Positions 15,293 to 22,996 of a stretch of 32,000 nt of DNA are shown in pieces. Position 1 is the first letter of the stretch, and the number at the start of each line of letters is the position of its first letter. A model generated the notes under the pieces. That model did no database searches and was not told the origin of the DNA. It was given only the letters and a program-made list of their open reading frames with translations. The DNA is taken from NCBI GenBank assembly GCA_036787775.1, contig DAIQOR010000005.1:12289-44288 (forward strand), given 5' to 3'. The DNA comes from a bacterium (lineage in GTDB: Archaea > Nanobdellota > Nanobdellia > Pacearchaeales > GW2011-AR1). The translations under genes were made by a program, and so were the position numbers.

Positions 15293-16015
15293 ATGATGAC
15301 AGCACAATTAGAAGTCGGAGATATCGTATCCTGCACTGTAGAAAGCATCTCTGGAGCAATTGTCTTCGTAAAAATAGACGGAAACAGAGAAGGAACAATA
15401 ATCACAAGCGAAATAGCCCCTGGAAGAATAAGAAACCTCCGAGAATATGTCGTCCCAAAAAAGAAAATAATTTGTAAGGTGCTAAGAGTCTCTGGAGAAA
15501 AAATAGACTTATCCTTAAGAAGAGTAACCCAAAAAGAAAAGAAAGAAATTTTAGAACAAGCTAAACAAGAAAAAAGTTACAAGGCAATATTCAAAACAAT
15601 TCTTGGAAAAGAAGAAACTCCAAAAATAATTGAAAAAATAGAAAAAGAAGAAAAATTTTACGAGTTTGTCGAGGAGATAAAAGAAAATCCAAAAGAATTA
15701 GAAAAATTAGTAGGTAAAGAAAATACTGAAAAAATTTTAGAAATTTTAAAATCACAAAAACAAAAAACAATCACACTAAAAAAAGAGCTCTTGATAACCA
15801 CTTCTGCTCCAAACGGACTAGAATTAATTAAAAATATTTTAGGAGAAATAAAAAACGCTGAAATAAAATACATTTCCGCAGGAAAATACTCAATCCAAAC
15901 CGAAGATGAGAACATAAAATCTGCCGATAATAAATTAAAAACAATAATAGAAGACCTTGAAAAAAAGACAAAAAAACAGAACATGGAATTTAGTGTCAAG
16001 GGACAAAAGGCTTAA
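15293..16015 (+). CDS. eif2a: translation initiation factor aIF2 alpha subunit
   Basis: 240 aa. It has an N-terminal S1 domain (VGDIVSCTVESISGAIVFVKIDGNREGTIITSEIAPGRIRNLREYV..KKIICKVLRV....IDLSLRRV), then a helical domain and a C-terminal alpha/beta domain (IKYISAGKYSIQ). Confidence 0.8.
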   Translation: MMTAQLEVGDIVSCTVESISGAIVFVKIDGNREGTIITSEIAPGRIRNLREYVVPKKKIICKVLRVSGEKIDLSLRRVTQKEKKEILEQAKQEKSYKAIFKTILGKEETPKIIEKIEKEEKFYEFVEEIKENPKELEKLVGKENTEKILEILKSQKQKTITLKKELLITTSAPNGLELIKNILGEIKNAEIKYISAGKYSIQTEDENIKSADNKLKTIIEDLEKKTKKQNMEFSVKGQKA

Positions 16016-16039
16016 AAACTAAATAAAACCTATAAAAAG

Positions 16040-16459
16040 ATGGAAAACAGCGATAAATTCAATGTTGTAGTTCTTGGAATTATATTTAATCCTGAAACAA
16101 GAAAAATTTTAATTGGTCGAAGAGAAAACGATCCAGACCTCCCAGAATTAAATTGGTGCTTCCCTGGAGGAAGATTAATCCCTGGAAAAAAATGCGACAA
16201 CACTCTTAAAGAAAAAATAAAATTAAAAACAGGTTACAATGTTAAAAATTTGGGAACCATTTTTAGCAGAGTTTATCCAAATAAACAAGATCTCTTACAA
16301 ATTTATTTTTTATGTGAAATCTTTGAAGGTGACGAAAAACCAGGAGACGATTTAGTAGAATTAAAATGGGTTAAGCCCGAAGAAGTGGAAAAATATTTTA
16401 AAGGACCATTTAATACAAGACTTAAAGAATACATTATGAATCTTAAAAAAACTTTCTAA
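16040..16459 (+). CDS. Nudix-fold protein with a degenerate Nudix box
   Basis: 139 aa. It has the Nudix-like frame WCFPGGRLIPGKKCDNTLKEKIKLKTGY, but the REx2EE glutamates are replaced by K/I/L (KEKIKLKTG). Confidence 0.65.
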   Translation: MENSDKFNVVVLGIIFNPETRKILIGRRENDPDLPELNWCFPGGRLIPGKKCDNTLKEKIKLKTGYNVKNLGTIFSRVYPNKQDLLQIYFLCEIFEGDEKPGDDLVELKWVKPEEVEKYFKGPFNTRLKEYIMNLKKTF

Positions 16460-16617
16460 TGAAACTAAAAAAATGCACATCTTGCAATTCTTACACTCTC
16501 CAAGAAAATTGCCCAAAATGTAAAAAACAAACTAAAGATGCACATTACAAATTTATTAAAATAAAAAACGCCCCAAACTCAGACAATTTTTTCTCTCCTA
16601 AAAAATCCCCACCTTAA
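16459..16617 (+). CDS. nop10: H/ACA ribonucleoprotein subunit Nop10
   Basis: Hand-found 52-aa ORF, below the ORF-track size cutoff: MKLKKCTSCNSYTLQENCPKCKKQTKDAHYKFIKIKNAPNSDNFFSPKKSPP. It has a CxxC...CxxC zinc ribbon with YTL, as in archaeal Nop10. Its start overlaps the Nudix stop (TAATG). aIF2alpha-nop10 linkage is a conserved archaeal neighbourhood. Confidence 0.7.
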   Translation: MKLKKCTSCNSYTLQENCPKCKKQTKDAHYKFIKIKNAPNSDNFFSPKKSPP

Positions 16618-17170
16618 TTTCCTTCTTAACAATCTCCATATCTTCTTCCCAAAGAGGAAGCAATTTCTGATTATAAATCATCGCCGCCGGATGAAAAAGT
16701 GGAATCAATTTAATCTTCAAACCCTCAAACTCAATCTCCCTCACTTTACCATGCACCTCGGTTATTCCTGGCTGATTTTTCATGTTCTCGACGTTACCAT
16801 TCGCCAAAAAAAACTTCGTAGCATAATTTCCCAAAGAACAAATAACTTTCGGCTTAACATCTTTTATTTGCTTAATTAACCACGGCGTGTGAGCCTTTAT
16901 TTCATCTGGAAGCGGATCTCTATTCTCTGGAGGTCTACATTTCAAAATATTAGCAATATAAACATCATCCAAACTTAAACCAACTTTCTCAAGAAGTGCA
17001 TCCAACCTTTTTCCAGCAGCCCCAACAAAAGGCAAACCAATTTCATCTTCATTCCTCCCAGGAGCCTCACCAACAAATAAAATATTCGCATCCAGATTTC
17101 CCTTACCAATAACTATATTCTTACAATTTTTAAAAAGCTCTGTAGATTTTACTAACTCAATTTCATCCAT
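16598..17170 (-). CDS. udg: uracil-DNA glycosylase, family 4-like
   Basis: 190 aa. Motifs seen: GEAPGRNEDEIGLPFVGAAGKRLD (motif A), LKCRPPENR and FHPAAMIY (motif B). Its 3' end overlaps nop10 by about 20 nt in convergent orientation. Confidence 0.85.
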   Translation of the reverse strand: MDEIELVKSTELFKNCKNIVIGKGNLDANILFVGEAPGRNEDEIGLPFVGAAGKRLDALLEKVGLSLDDVYIANILKCRPPENRDPLPDEIKAHTPWLIKQIKDVKPKVICSLGNYATKFFLANGNVENMKNQPGITEVHGKVREIEFEGLKIKLIPLFHPAAMIYNQKLLPLWEEDMEIVKKEIKVGIF

Positions 17171-17200
17171 AAAAATAAAAGACTAAAGAACAATAAAAAC

Positions 17201-18820
17201 TTATCTATTCTTCCAAGCAACTCCACCACCTATAGTAGCAGCCAAAATTACTAACACAATTATTATAATCATCCAAGGCGCACTCTTCTCTTCGTCTGGA
17301 ACTTCTCCAGAAGTCACAATTTCTCCAGATGTCTCAACTGCAGAACCTTCAGCCTCAACAGGAACTTCCTCATAAACTTTCATAATAGTTAAATCTGCTT
17401 TGTTATTCACAATCTCATTCAACTTAACATATACATCATAATAACCATCTTCATTTACATCAACACTTACATCCTCTCCAGCATTCAACTCAACTTCAAT
17501 CGGTGTGCTCGCAACTTCTACAACAACACTATCAGATTTAATCTCTTTAATACCAACATAATGAGTTTCTTTTGAACCACTTGAAAATCCCTCCGAATAA
17601 ACTTCAACCTTAATTCTTTCCTTTACTTTCATTTCTTTGGTGTATCCTTCTGTACTAACCAATTCACTTTCCAAAGGAGAATAAGTCATACTCCAAGAAG
17701 TCGAAGAAGAGCCTCCAGATGAAACTCCAGAACTTGAACAATCAGTTGTTGAAAAAGAAGTTGAAGATGATGAACCACTATTGCCGGCAGAATCTGTACA
17801 AGTCACAATATAATTGTAAGGAGTACCACAAGCCAACCCAGACTCAGTAATTGTTTGAACATTTGTTCCAGAACCAGCAGTAACTGAAGCACCAGATCTA
17901 TCAATGGTACAGGAACTACTTGTAAGAGTAGCATCCGTAACTGTGGAAGTTAAAACTAACGTATCTATAGTTGCACTTGAAGAAGTTAAAACAACAGAAG
18001 GGGAAGTATCATCTACCCTGAAAGTAATATTCCAACTACGATTGGATAAACTAATATCAGTTCCAGAAGTTCCCATAAGAGTATCATTAACTTGAACGAT
18101 TAAAATTACAAGACCATCTGGAAGAGTTGAAGTAATCATTGTTGCATTATAATAACTTGTAGAACCTTGCCGAGAAGCAGTGAGAGTCTGATTTTGAACT
18201 CCAGCACTATTAGTAATATTAAATATCACAGTATCGGGCAAATCTTCTGTAATAGAAAAATTTAAAACTACATTTCCAGAATAATTTCCATTTACAACCA
18301 AAGAAGTTGTCGAAATACCAGTAGGATAAGAAGAATCATTTACATAAAGACTAATATTCCCACGTGTTATCAGAGAAGTTTTGTTATATACATCAATAGT
18401 AATATTAAAATTACCAGCAGTAGCAGCACTAATATTTACCCAAAAAGTACCATTATTCAAAGTACTATTCATCAAAATATATCTAGAATCATTAAAAAAA
18501 GTAAGAATACGATTTACAGAATCATAACTCATATTTTTTGTTAAACTTGAAGCATTACTAGTTAAGTTCAAAGAAACCCCAACAGGAAAAGTAATATTAA
18601 CCCAAGTAACATTATTGGAAGCATCCAAAGTTAAATTAACGGAAATATTAACAATATCATAAACATCTTCTCTAAGAGTAAAATTAGTTGCACCATTAAA
18701 AGATGTAAACGTACTCGCAAAAACAAATCCTAACAAAACTACAACTCCAACTAAAAATAACCCTACAACAACCAAATCACTCTTCGCTTGTTTATCCATT
18801 TTAATCATCTCTTTTTTCAT
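17201..18820 (-). CDS. surface (S-layer-like) glycoprotein with a C-terminal membrane anchor
   Basis: 539 aa with an N-terminal hydrophobic signal/anchor, about 20 or more N-x-S/T sequons by eye, Ser/Thr-rich linkers, and a C-terminal TM plus basic tail (WMIIIIVLVILAATIGGGVAWKNR). Confidence 0.6.
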   Translation of the reverse strand: MKKEMIKMDKQAKSDLVVVGLFLVGVVVLLGFVFASTFTSFNGATNFTLREDVYDIVNISVNLTLDASNNVTWVNITFPVGVSLNLTSNASSLTKNMSYDSVNRILTFFNDSRYILMNSTLNNGTFWVNISAATAGNFNITIDVYNKTSLITRGNISLYVNDSSYPTGISTTSLVVNGNYSGNVVLNFSITEDLPDTVIFNITNSAGVQNQTLTASRQGSTSYYNATMITSTLPDGLVILIVQVNDTLMGTSGTDISLSNRSWNITFRVDDTSPSVVLTSSSATIDTLVLTSTVTDATLTSSSCTIDRSGASVTAGSGTNVQTITESGLACGTPYNYIVTCTDSAGNSGSSSSTSFSTTDCSSSGVSSGGSSSTSWSMTYSPLESELVSTEGYTKEMKVKERIKVEVYSEGFSSGSKETHYVGIKEIKSDSVVVEVASTPIEVELNAGEDVSVDVNEDGYYDVYVKLNEIVNNKADLTIMKVYEEVPVEAEGSAVETSGEIVTSGEVPDEEKSAPWMIIIIVLVILAATIGGGVAWKNR

Positions 18821-18944
18821 CCCAACAAAAGTAGGACAGATATATATTAGAAATTTAGGTTTATAAATCTTTTCTTAAATTCAAAAATGTAAATCTTAAA
18901 AAAATTTCCGAAAGGTTTTTAAAAAAAAGAATATTTTATCGACG

Positions 18945-19430
18945 ATGCAAAGAACTTTAGTTTTGATAAAACCCGAAGGTGTCAAAAGACATTTAGTTGG
19001 AAAAATAATTTCTCGATTTGAAGATGCAGGTCTAAAAATTATTGGAATGAAACAAGTTTGGGTTGATAAAGAATTTGCAAAAAAACATTACACCGAAGAT
19101 ATTGCCGAACGACGAGGAACAAAGGTTAGAGAAATGCTTTTAGATTATATTATCGAAGGTCCTGTAGTGGCTTTTGTACTTGAAGGAGTAAATGCAATTG
19201 AGAACGTTAGAAAAATTGTAGGAGGAACTGAACCCAAATCCGCACCACCTGGAACTATCCGAGGAGATTTTGCACATGTTAGTTACAAATACGCAGATTC
19301 AAATAATCTTCCAGTAAAAAATTTAATTCACGCATCCAGCGACGAGAAAGACGCGAAAAATGAAGTCGCACTTTGGTTTTCAAAGAAAGAGCTTAACACT
19401 TATCAAACAATTCAAGATTTGTTAATGTAA
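18945..19430 (+). CDS. ndk: nucleoside diphosphate kinase
   Basis: 161 aa. Motifs seen: RTLVLIKPEGV, GTIRGDFA, and NLIHASSD containing the active-site His. The TATA box tttttaaaaa lies 25 nt upstream. Confidence 0.9.
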   Translation: MQRTLVLIKPEGVKRHLVGKIISRFEDAGLKIIGMKQVWVDKEFAKKHYTEDIAERRGTKVREMLLDYIIEGPVVAFVLEGVNAIENVRKIVGGTEPKSAPPGTIRGDFAHVSYKYADSNNLPVKNLIHASSDEKDAKNEVALWFSKKELNTYQTIQDLLM

Positions 19431-19466
19431 AAATAGATTTATAAATATTTGAATTCTTTTTATAAA

Positions 19467-19736
19467 ATGAAAAACGGTGAACTTTTAAGAAAAAAATTAA
19501 TTAGCCATAAAAAATTAGCACAAGAAAGAACAATTCTTGCAAATGAAAGAAACACTCTCGCATATATAAGAACAGGATTTGGATGTTTCGCCTTAGGAAT
19601 TGCATTAATCAAATTATTTGAAGAACATATAAAATATGTTTATGGAGGTTACATCGCTCTCGGAATAGGAATAATCTTCATCTCCCTTGGATTAATTTAT
19701 TATCCTTTAAGGAAAAAAAGAATTTTAAAATATTAA
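19467..19736 (+). CDS. DUF202 (YidH-like) small membrane protein
   Basis: LAQERTILANERNTLAYIRTG is the DUF202 signature, followed by two TM segments. I prefer the ATG at 19467 over the non-ATG track start at 19449. Confidence 0.7.
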   Translation: MKNGELLRKKLISHKKLAQERTILANERNTLAYIRTGFGCFALGIALIKLFEEHIKYVYGGYIALGIGIIFISLGLIYYPLRKKRILKY

Positions 19737-19787
19737 ACTTCTCCGTCGACAACAAACATTTATATACTTCTTTTCCCTCGATAAATT

Positions 19788-20159
19788 ATGGAAAATTTAA
19801 CATTTGAAAAGATAATTGAAAAATTTAATATGAAAAATGATTTAACAAATAATCCAAACATCTGGATGGGTCACGCAAAAATTGGTTATCGTGGAAGAAT
19901 TAAAATGATGGAAACAAAAGAATTACTTTCTAAATATTTCCCAGAACACATTCCTGAAAACATCCCGACTCCTGAAGAACTAAAAAAAACTTTGGCTCAA
20001 TGGGAAAACGCACACCCATTTCAACATGTAAGAGAAGAAGACCAACCAATGTTCATAAAAAGAAAAGGAAATAAAATAGAAATCGCGGTAATCTGGCCTT
20101 GGCAAATGAAAGAAGGCGTCGCAAGTTTAATGTTATATAAAGGGGAAATTTTGGATTAA
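19788..20159 (+). CDS. hypothetical protein
   Basis: 123-aa ORF with no family recognised. Its last 52 nt form the left copy of a perfect direct repeat. Confidence 0.5.
   Translation: MENLTFEKIIEKFNMKNDLTNNPNIWMGHAKIGYRGRIKMMETKELLSKYFPEHIPENIPTPEELKKTLAQWENAHPFQHVREEDQPMFIKRKGNKIEIAVIWPWQMKEGVASLMLYKGEILD
20108..20159 (+). repeat. 52-bp perfect direct repeat, left copy
   Basis: gaaagaaggcgtcgcaagtttaatgttatataaaggggaaattttggattaa is identical to 20683-20734. Confidence 0.95.
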
Positions 20160-20193
20160 GATAATTTTATAAACTTTACAAATATAAAAAAAT

Positions 20194-20367
20194 ATGGAAA
20201 ATGAGACAATAAATGTTACAAAAGAAGAATTAGAAGATTTTATGAGACAAATCGAAGGAATCAAGTCAACAATAGAAATTCTACAAAATAAAGAAATAAT
20301 GAAAGAAATTGAAGAAAGTGAAAATAATATAAAAAGTGGAAGAATCAAAAGATTAGAAATTCAATAA
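20194..20367 (+). CDS. small antitoxin-like protein (Phd/YefM C-terminal-like or RelB-like)
   Basis: Hand-found 57-aa ORF: MENETINVTKEELEDFMRQIEGIKSTIEILQNKEIMKEIEESENNIKSGRIKRLEIQ. The stretch TIEILQNKEIMKEIEESENNIKSGR resembles the ETLEIL.dpElm..i..s.edik.Gr motif of antitoxins paired with RelE/YoeB. The TATA box ttttataaa lies 25 nt upstream. Confidence 0.45.
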   Translation: MENETINVTKEELEDFMRQIEGIKSTIEILQNKEIMKEIEESENNIKSGRIKRLEIQ

Positions 20368-20618
20368 ATTTTATGAGAACCTACTGATTCTATATAGATT
20401 ATTTTTCTTAAATCATCAATAGAGTAAATCATTCTTATATTTGAACCTAACCAGCAAGCCCACTTCCTTAATAATTTTCCATGCAAAGGATGCGCTCCTA
20501 TTTCTTTTCTTGGATTTTGTTTTAATCTAATTAGTTTATTCTTTATATCCTTTCTGGTATTTAAATATCCTTGAATAATTTTTTCAGATTTTGAATTTGC
20601 AAAATATATTTCATACAT
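20361..20618 (-). CDS. relE: RelE/ParE-family type II toxin
   Basis: 85 aa. HPLHGKLLRKWACWLGSNIRMIYSIDDLRKIIYIESVGSHKIY fits the RelE/StbE pattern (L.G.l.g....r.g.yRiiY.id.....i.i..vg.H..vY). The TATA box tttataaa lies 25 nt upstream. Confidence 0.7.
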   Translation of the reverse strand: MYEIYFANSKSEKIIQGYLNTRKDIKNKLIRLKQNPRKEIGAHPLHGKLLRKWACWLGSNIRMIYSIDDLRKIIYIESVGSHKIY

Positions 20619-20682
20619 AATTAAGAATTAATTTTTAAGTTTATAAATGTCAATGTATTAATTATATAATTTACTTTGTAAG

Positions 20683-20734
20683 GAAAGAAGGCGTCGCAAG
20701 TTTAATGTTATATAAAGGGGAAATTTTGGATTAA
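20683..20734 (+). repeat. 52-bp perfect direct repeat, right copy
   Basis: Identical to 20108-20159. It is a non-coding duplicate of the 3' end of gene 19788..20159. Confidence 0.95.
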
Positions 20735-20947
20735 TCACCAACTTCTAGAACGAGCTTCATCGATTAATCTTCTCCAACATTCATCACAATGAATTCCTGA
20801 ATCCGAAGTATTATCAATTCTTCTTTCTCCTTCATTAGAACATTGAACTAATTTTCCATTTTCATCAACAACAGAATATCCATTTTCTTTCCTTTGATAG
20901 GATTCACAAATTCCTTTCATCGGTCTTAGATAATTATCTTTCACCAT
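20735..20947 (-). CDS. small hypothetical protein with four Cys (possible zinc-binding)
   Basis: 70 aa with Cys at ...GICE..., ...VQCSN... and ...HCDECW.... Confidence 0.4.
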   Translation of the reverse strand: MVKDNYLRPMKGICESYQRKENGYSVVDENGKLVQCSNEGERRIDNTSDSGIHCDECWRRLIDEARSRSW

Positions 20948-21037
20948 TTCATTAATTACCTTTTTCTCTTTTTAAGAATTTATATTCTCCAGTTTCCCCT
21001 ACCCAATTTTAATTTATTTTTTAAAAAGAGTGTAAAA

Positions 21038-22111
21038 TCATTCATCACAAACTCCAGCTTCAGTAACCCAAAACACACATTCATTGTCTGGAAGATTTGG
21101 ACTATCAATTAACTTCGCAACTCTCGAACCTTTCTTTCCTCTTCTCAAATAAACTCTATAAGTAGAAGCATGCCCAACAATATTTCCTCCAATTGCCGTC
21201 GTCGGATCACCAAACATCATCGCAGGATTTGACATAACTTGATTTGTAACATACACAGCTATATTATGTGTCTCTGCAAGTCGCATTAACTCGTGCATAT
21301 AACGATTCAATTTTTGTTGCCTATCTGCAAGTTGCCCTCGCCCCGCAAACTCTGCCCTAAAATGTGCCGTCAAAGAATCAATAATCATCAACCGAATCGG
21401 CTCCCCGTTCTTAATCATATCACTAACTTTTTCCAAAAGCAAAATCTGATGGTCAGAATTAAATGCCCTCGCAACCAAAATATTTTTCAAAACTTTTTCA
21501 GGATTCGCTCCTTTCGCCTCGGCAATTTGTTTAATTCTCGCGGGCCTAAAAGTTCCTTCAGTATCAATAAAAACCGTTTTACCATTTGCTCCACCCATTT
21601 CTAAAGGCATTTGTACATTCACCGCTAAAGTCGAACCCAACTGAGTTTTCCCCGAACCAAAAGCCCCGAACGCCTCAGTAATCGCCCGACTTTCCAACCC
21701 TTTTCCACCCAGAAGCTCATCAAATTCTTTACTTCCTGTTGTAATATAATTAATATTCTCCCGCTTCTTCGCAAATTCAACTCCATCAGTAAAACCTAAA
21801 CTCAATAAATCTCTCGCTGCAAGAATTGCTTTTCGTGCAACCGCCGAACCCACGCCCGCCGTATCAGCCAAAACCGCCGGACTCATAACAGCCAAAGACA
21901 TCAAATCAAAAATTCCCGCACTCTCTAATTTCGAAGCAACCGCAGGACCAATCCCCGGCAAATCCGTCAAAGTCGGCTCTTTACTTTCCTTAACTTCCAC
22001 AACTTTTTTTTTCTTAGATTTAGATTTCACCTCTTCAACTTCCAAATCCTCTTCAATCATCTCTTCCCCAGAAACAGCATCCTTAATCTTTTGAACATCA
22101 ACATCAACCAT
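21038..22111 (-). CDS. radA: DNA repair and recombination protein RadA
   Basis: Motifs seen: HhH (LTDLPGIGPAVASKLESAGI), Walker A (GAFGSGKTQ), Walker B (LMIIDSL) and a C-terminal ...GGNIVGHASTYRVYLRRGK. I moved the start to MVDVDV (22111) because a tttataaata box (22133-22142) lies inside the longer track ORF, 26 nt upstream of this ATG. Confidence 0.93.
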   Translation of the reverse strand: MVDVDVQKIKDAVSGEEMIEEDLEVEEVKSKSKKKKVVEVKESKEPTLTDLPGIGPAVASKLESAGIFDLMSLAVMSPAVLADTAGVGSAVARKAILAARDLLSLGFTDGVEFAKKRENINYITTGSKEFDELLGGKGLESRAITEAFGAFGSGKTQLGSTLAVNVQMPLEMGGANGKTVFIDTEGTFRPARIKQIAEAKGANPEKVLKNILVARAFNSDHQILLLEKVSDMIKNGEPIRLMIIDSLTAHFRAEFAGRGQLADRQQKLNRYMHELMRLAETHNIAVYVTNQVMSNPAMMFGDPTTAIGGNIVGHASTYRVYLRRGKKGSRVAKLIDSPNLPDNECVFWVTEAGVCDE

Positions 22112-22132
22112 AAAAGAAAAAACCCTTCCCAG

Positions 22133-22142
22133 TTTATAAATA
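22133..22142 (-). promoter_or_regulatory. radA TATA box
   Basis: atatttataaac in the minus sense, 26 nt upstream of the MVDVDV start. Confidence 0.55.
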
Positions 22143-22164
22143 TTGTACAATTCCCAAATATAGA

Positions 22165-22623
22165 TTAGAAAATAGAATTAAACTTAGCAACAAACAAAAA
22201 CAAATCAACAAAAAGAAAAACAACCAAAATTGTAATCTCTGTTCTTCCCCCTGTCCGAACTTTCCAAAAACTTTTTTTCTTCCAAGGATAAAATGGTTTA
22301 ATACCCTCAAGAGTAAAACTATCTGCCAAAAGATGCGAAGCATAACCCACAAAAAAAGGCAAAGCAATAATCGGAAAAAACAAAACAAAAAGCAAAATAA
22401 TTGAAAACAAAAAAGTAAAACTATGAATCATTCCTCGATGATCCGCAATCCACTGCAACGGACGAAAATACCAATGATACCCGATCTTCGAATGCTTCGA
22501 ATCAATGTCGGGAATATAAGTCGCCAACAAAGCCACAACAACAAAAACAATTTTATTATTCACAAAAGAAATTAAACCCAAAACCAAAAACAAAGTTATC
22601 GCGAGATGAGTTTTGATGAGCAT
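22165..22623 (-). CDS. membrane-bound metal-dependent hydrolase, YdjM/DUF457 family
   Basis: 152 aa. It has an N-terminal THLAITL, then PDIDSKHSKIG, HRGMIHS and SHLLADSFT, interleaved with TM segments. Confidence 0.7.
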   Translation of the reverse strand: MLIKTHLAITLFLVLGLISFVNNKIVFVVVALLATYIPDIDSKHSKIGYHWYFRPLQWIADHRGMIHSFTFLFSIILLFVLFFPIIALPFFVGYASHLLADSFTLEGIKPFYPWKKKSFWKVRTGGRTEITILVVFLFVDLFLFVAKFNSIF

Positions 22624-22663
22624 AAAGAAAAGAAAAGAAAAAACTTTATAATTATTTCTCTAA

Positions 22664-22996
22664 CTAACTTTTCAAAAAAGAACAAACTTCATTGAGAATA
22701 TTTGAAAAAGAATTTTTATTTAAACTTCCAATTTTATATTTTATCAAAGATTTTTCTATTGATGCAATTTTATCTATTCTAACAAAACTATCTCTTTTCA
22801 AAGAACCTTTCAAAAAATCTTTTTCTTTAATCAAAACTTCAACAGATTTTTCATAAGAAGATCCTGTTATTTGAAGCACAATTAAATCATCTCCTTTGGG
22901 GCATTTCAAAACCAAAACAGGTCTTCTCTTAACTCCAATTAAATTAGAAAAAGGAAAACTCACAACAAGCAAATCTCCAGCTACAAATCTCTCCAC
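22664..22996 (-). CDS. mazF: MazF/PemK-family type II toxin
   Basis: 110 aa. AGDLLVVSFPFSN....KRRPVLVL ... IVLQITGS ... VRIDKIASIEKSLI matches the PemK fold pattern. It overlaps the upstream antitoxin gene by 16 nt. Confidence 0.75.
   Translation of the reverse strand: MERFVAGDLLVVSFPFSNLIGVKRRPVLVLKCPKGDDLIVLQITGSSYEKSVEVLIKEKDFLKGSLKRDSFVRIDKIASIEKSLIKYKIGSLNKNSFSNILNEVCSFLKS

Larger units (their letters stand above)
20160..20682. mobile_element. 523-bp two-gene RelE toxin-antitoxin-like cassette inserted with a 52-bp target duplication
   Basis: It is bounded by perfect 52-bp direct repeats. The right repeat abuts the stop of the convergent gene 20735..20947, just as the left repeat ends the gene 19788..20159. 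The cassette carries two ORFs, each with its own TATA box about 25 nt upstream, and no recombinase. Confidence 0.55.

Noticed and set aside
13911-15999. ORFs 13911..14234(-), 14469..14987(-), 14808..15047(+) and 15658..15999(-).
   Set aside because: They are antisense or out-of-frame within the RecJ-like and aIF2alpha genes, with low-complexity translations.
22134-22388. ORF 22134..22388(-), 84 aa.
   Set aside because: It is an alternative frame of the YdjM/DUF457 hydrolase gene (22165..22623), which carries the family His/Asp motifs.
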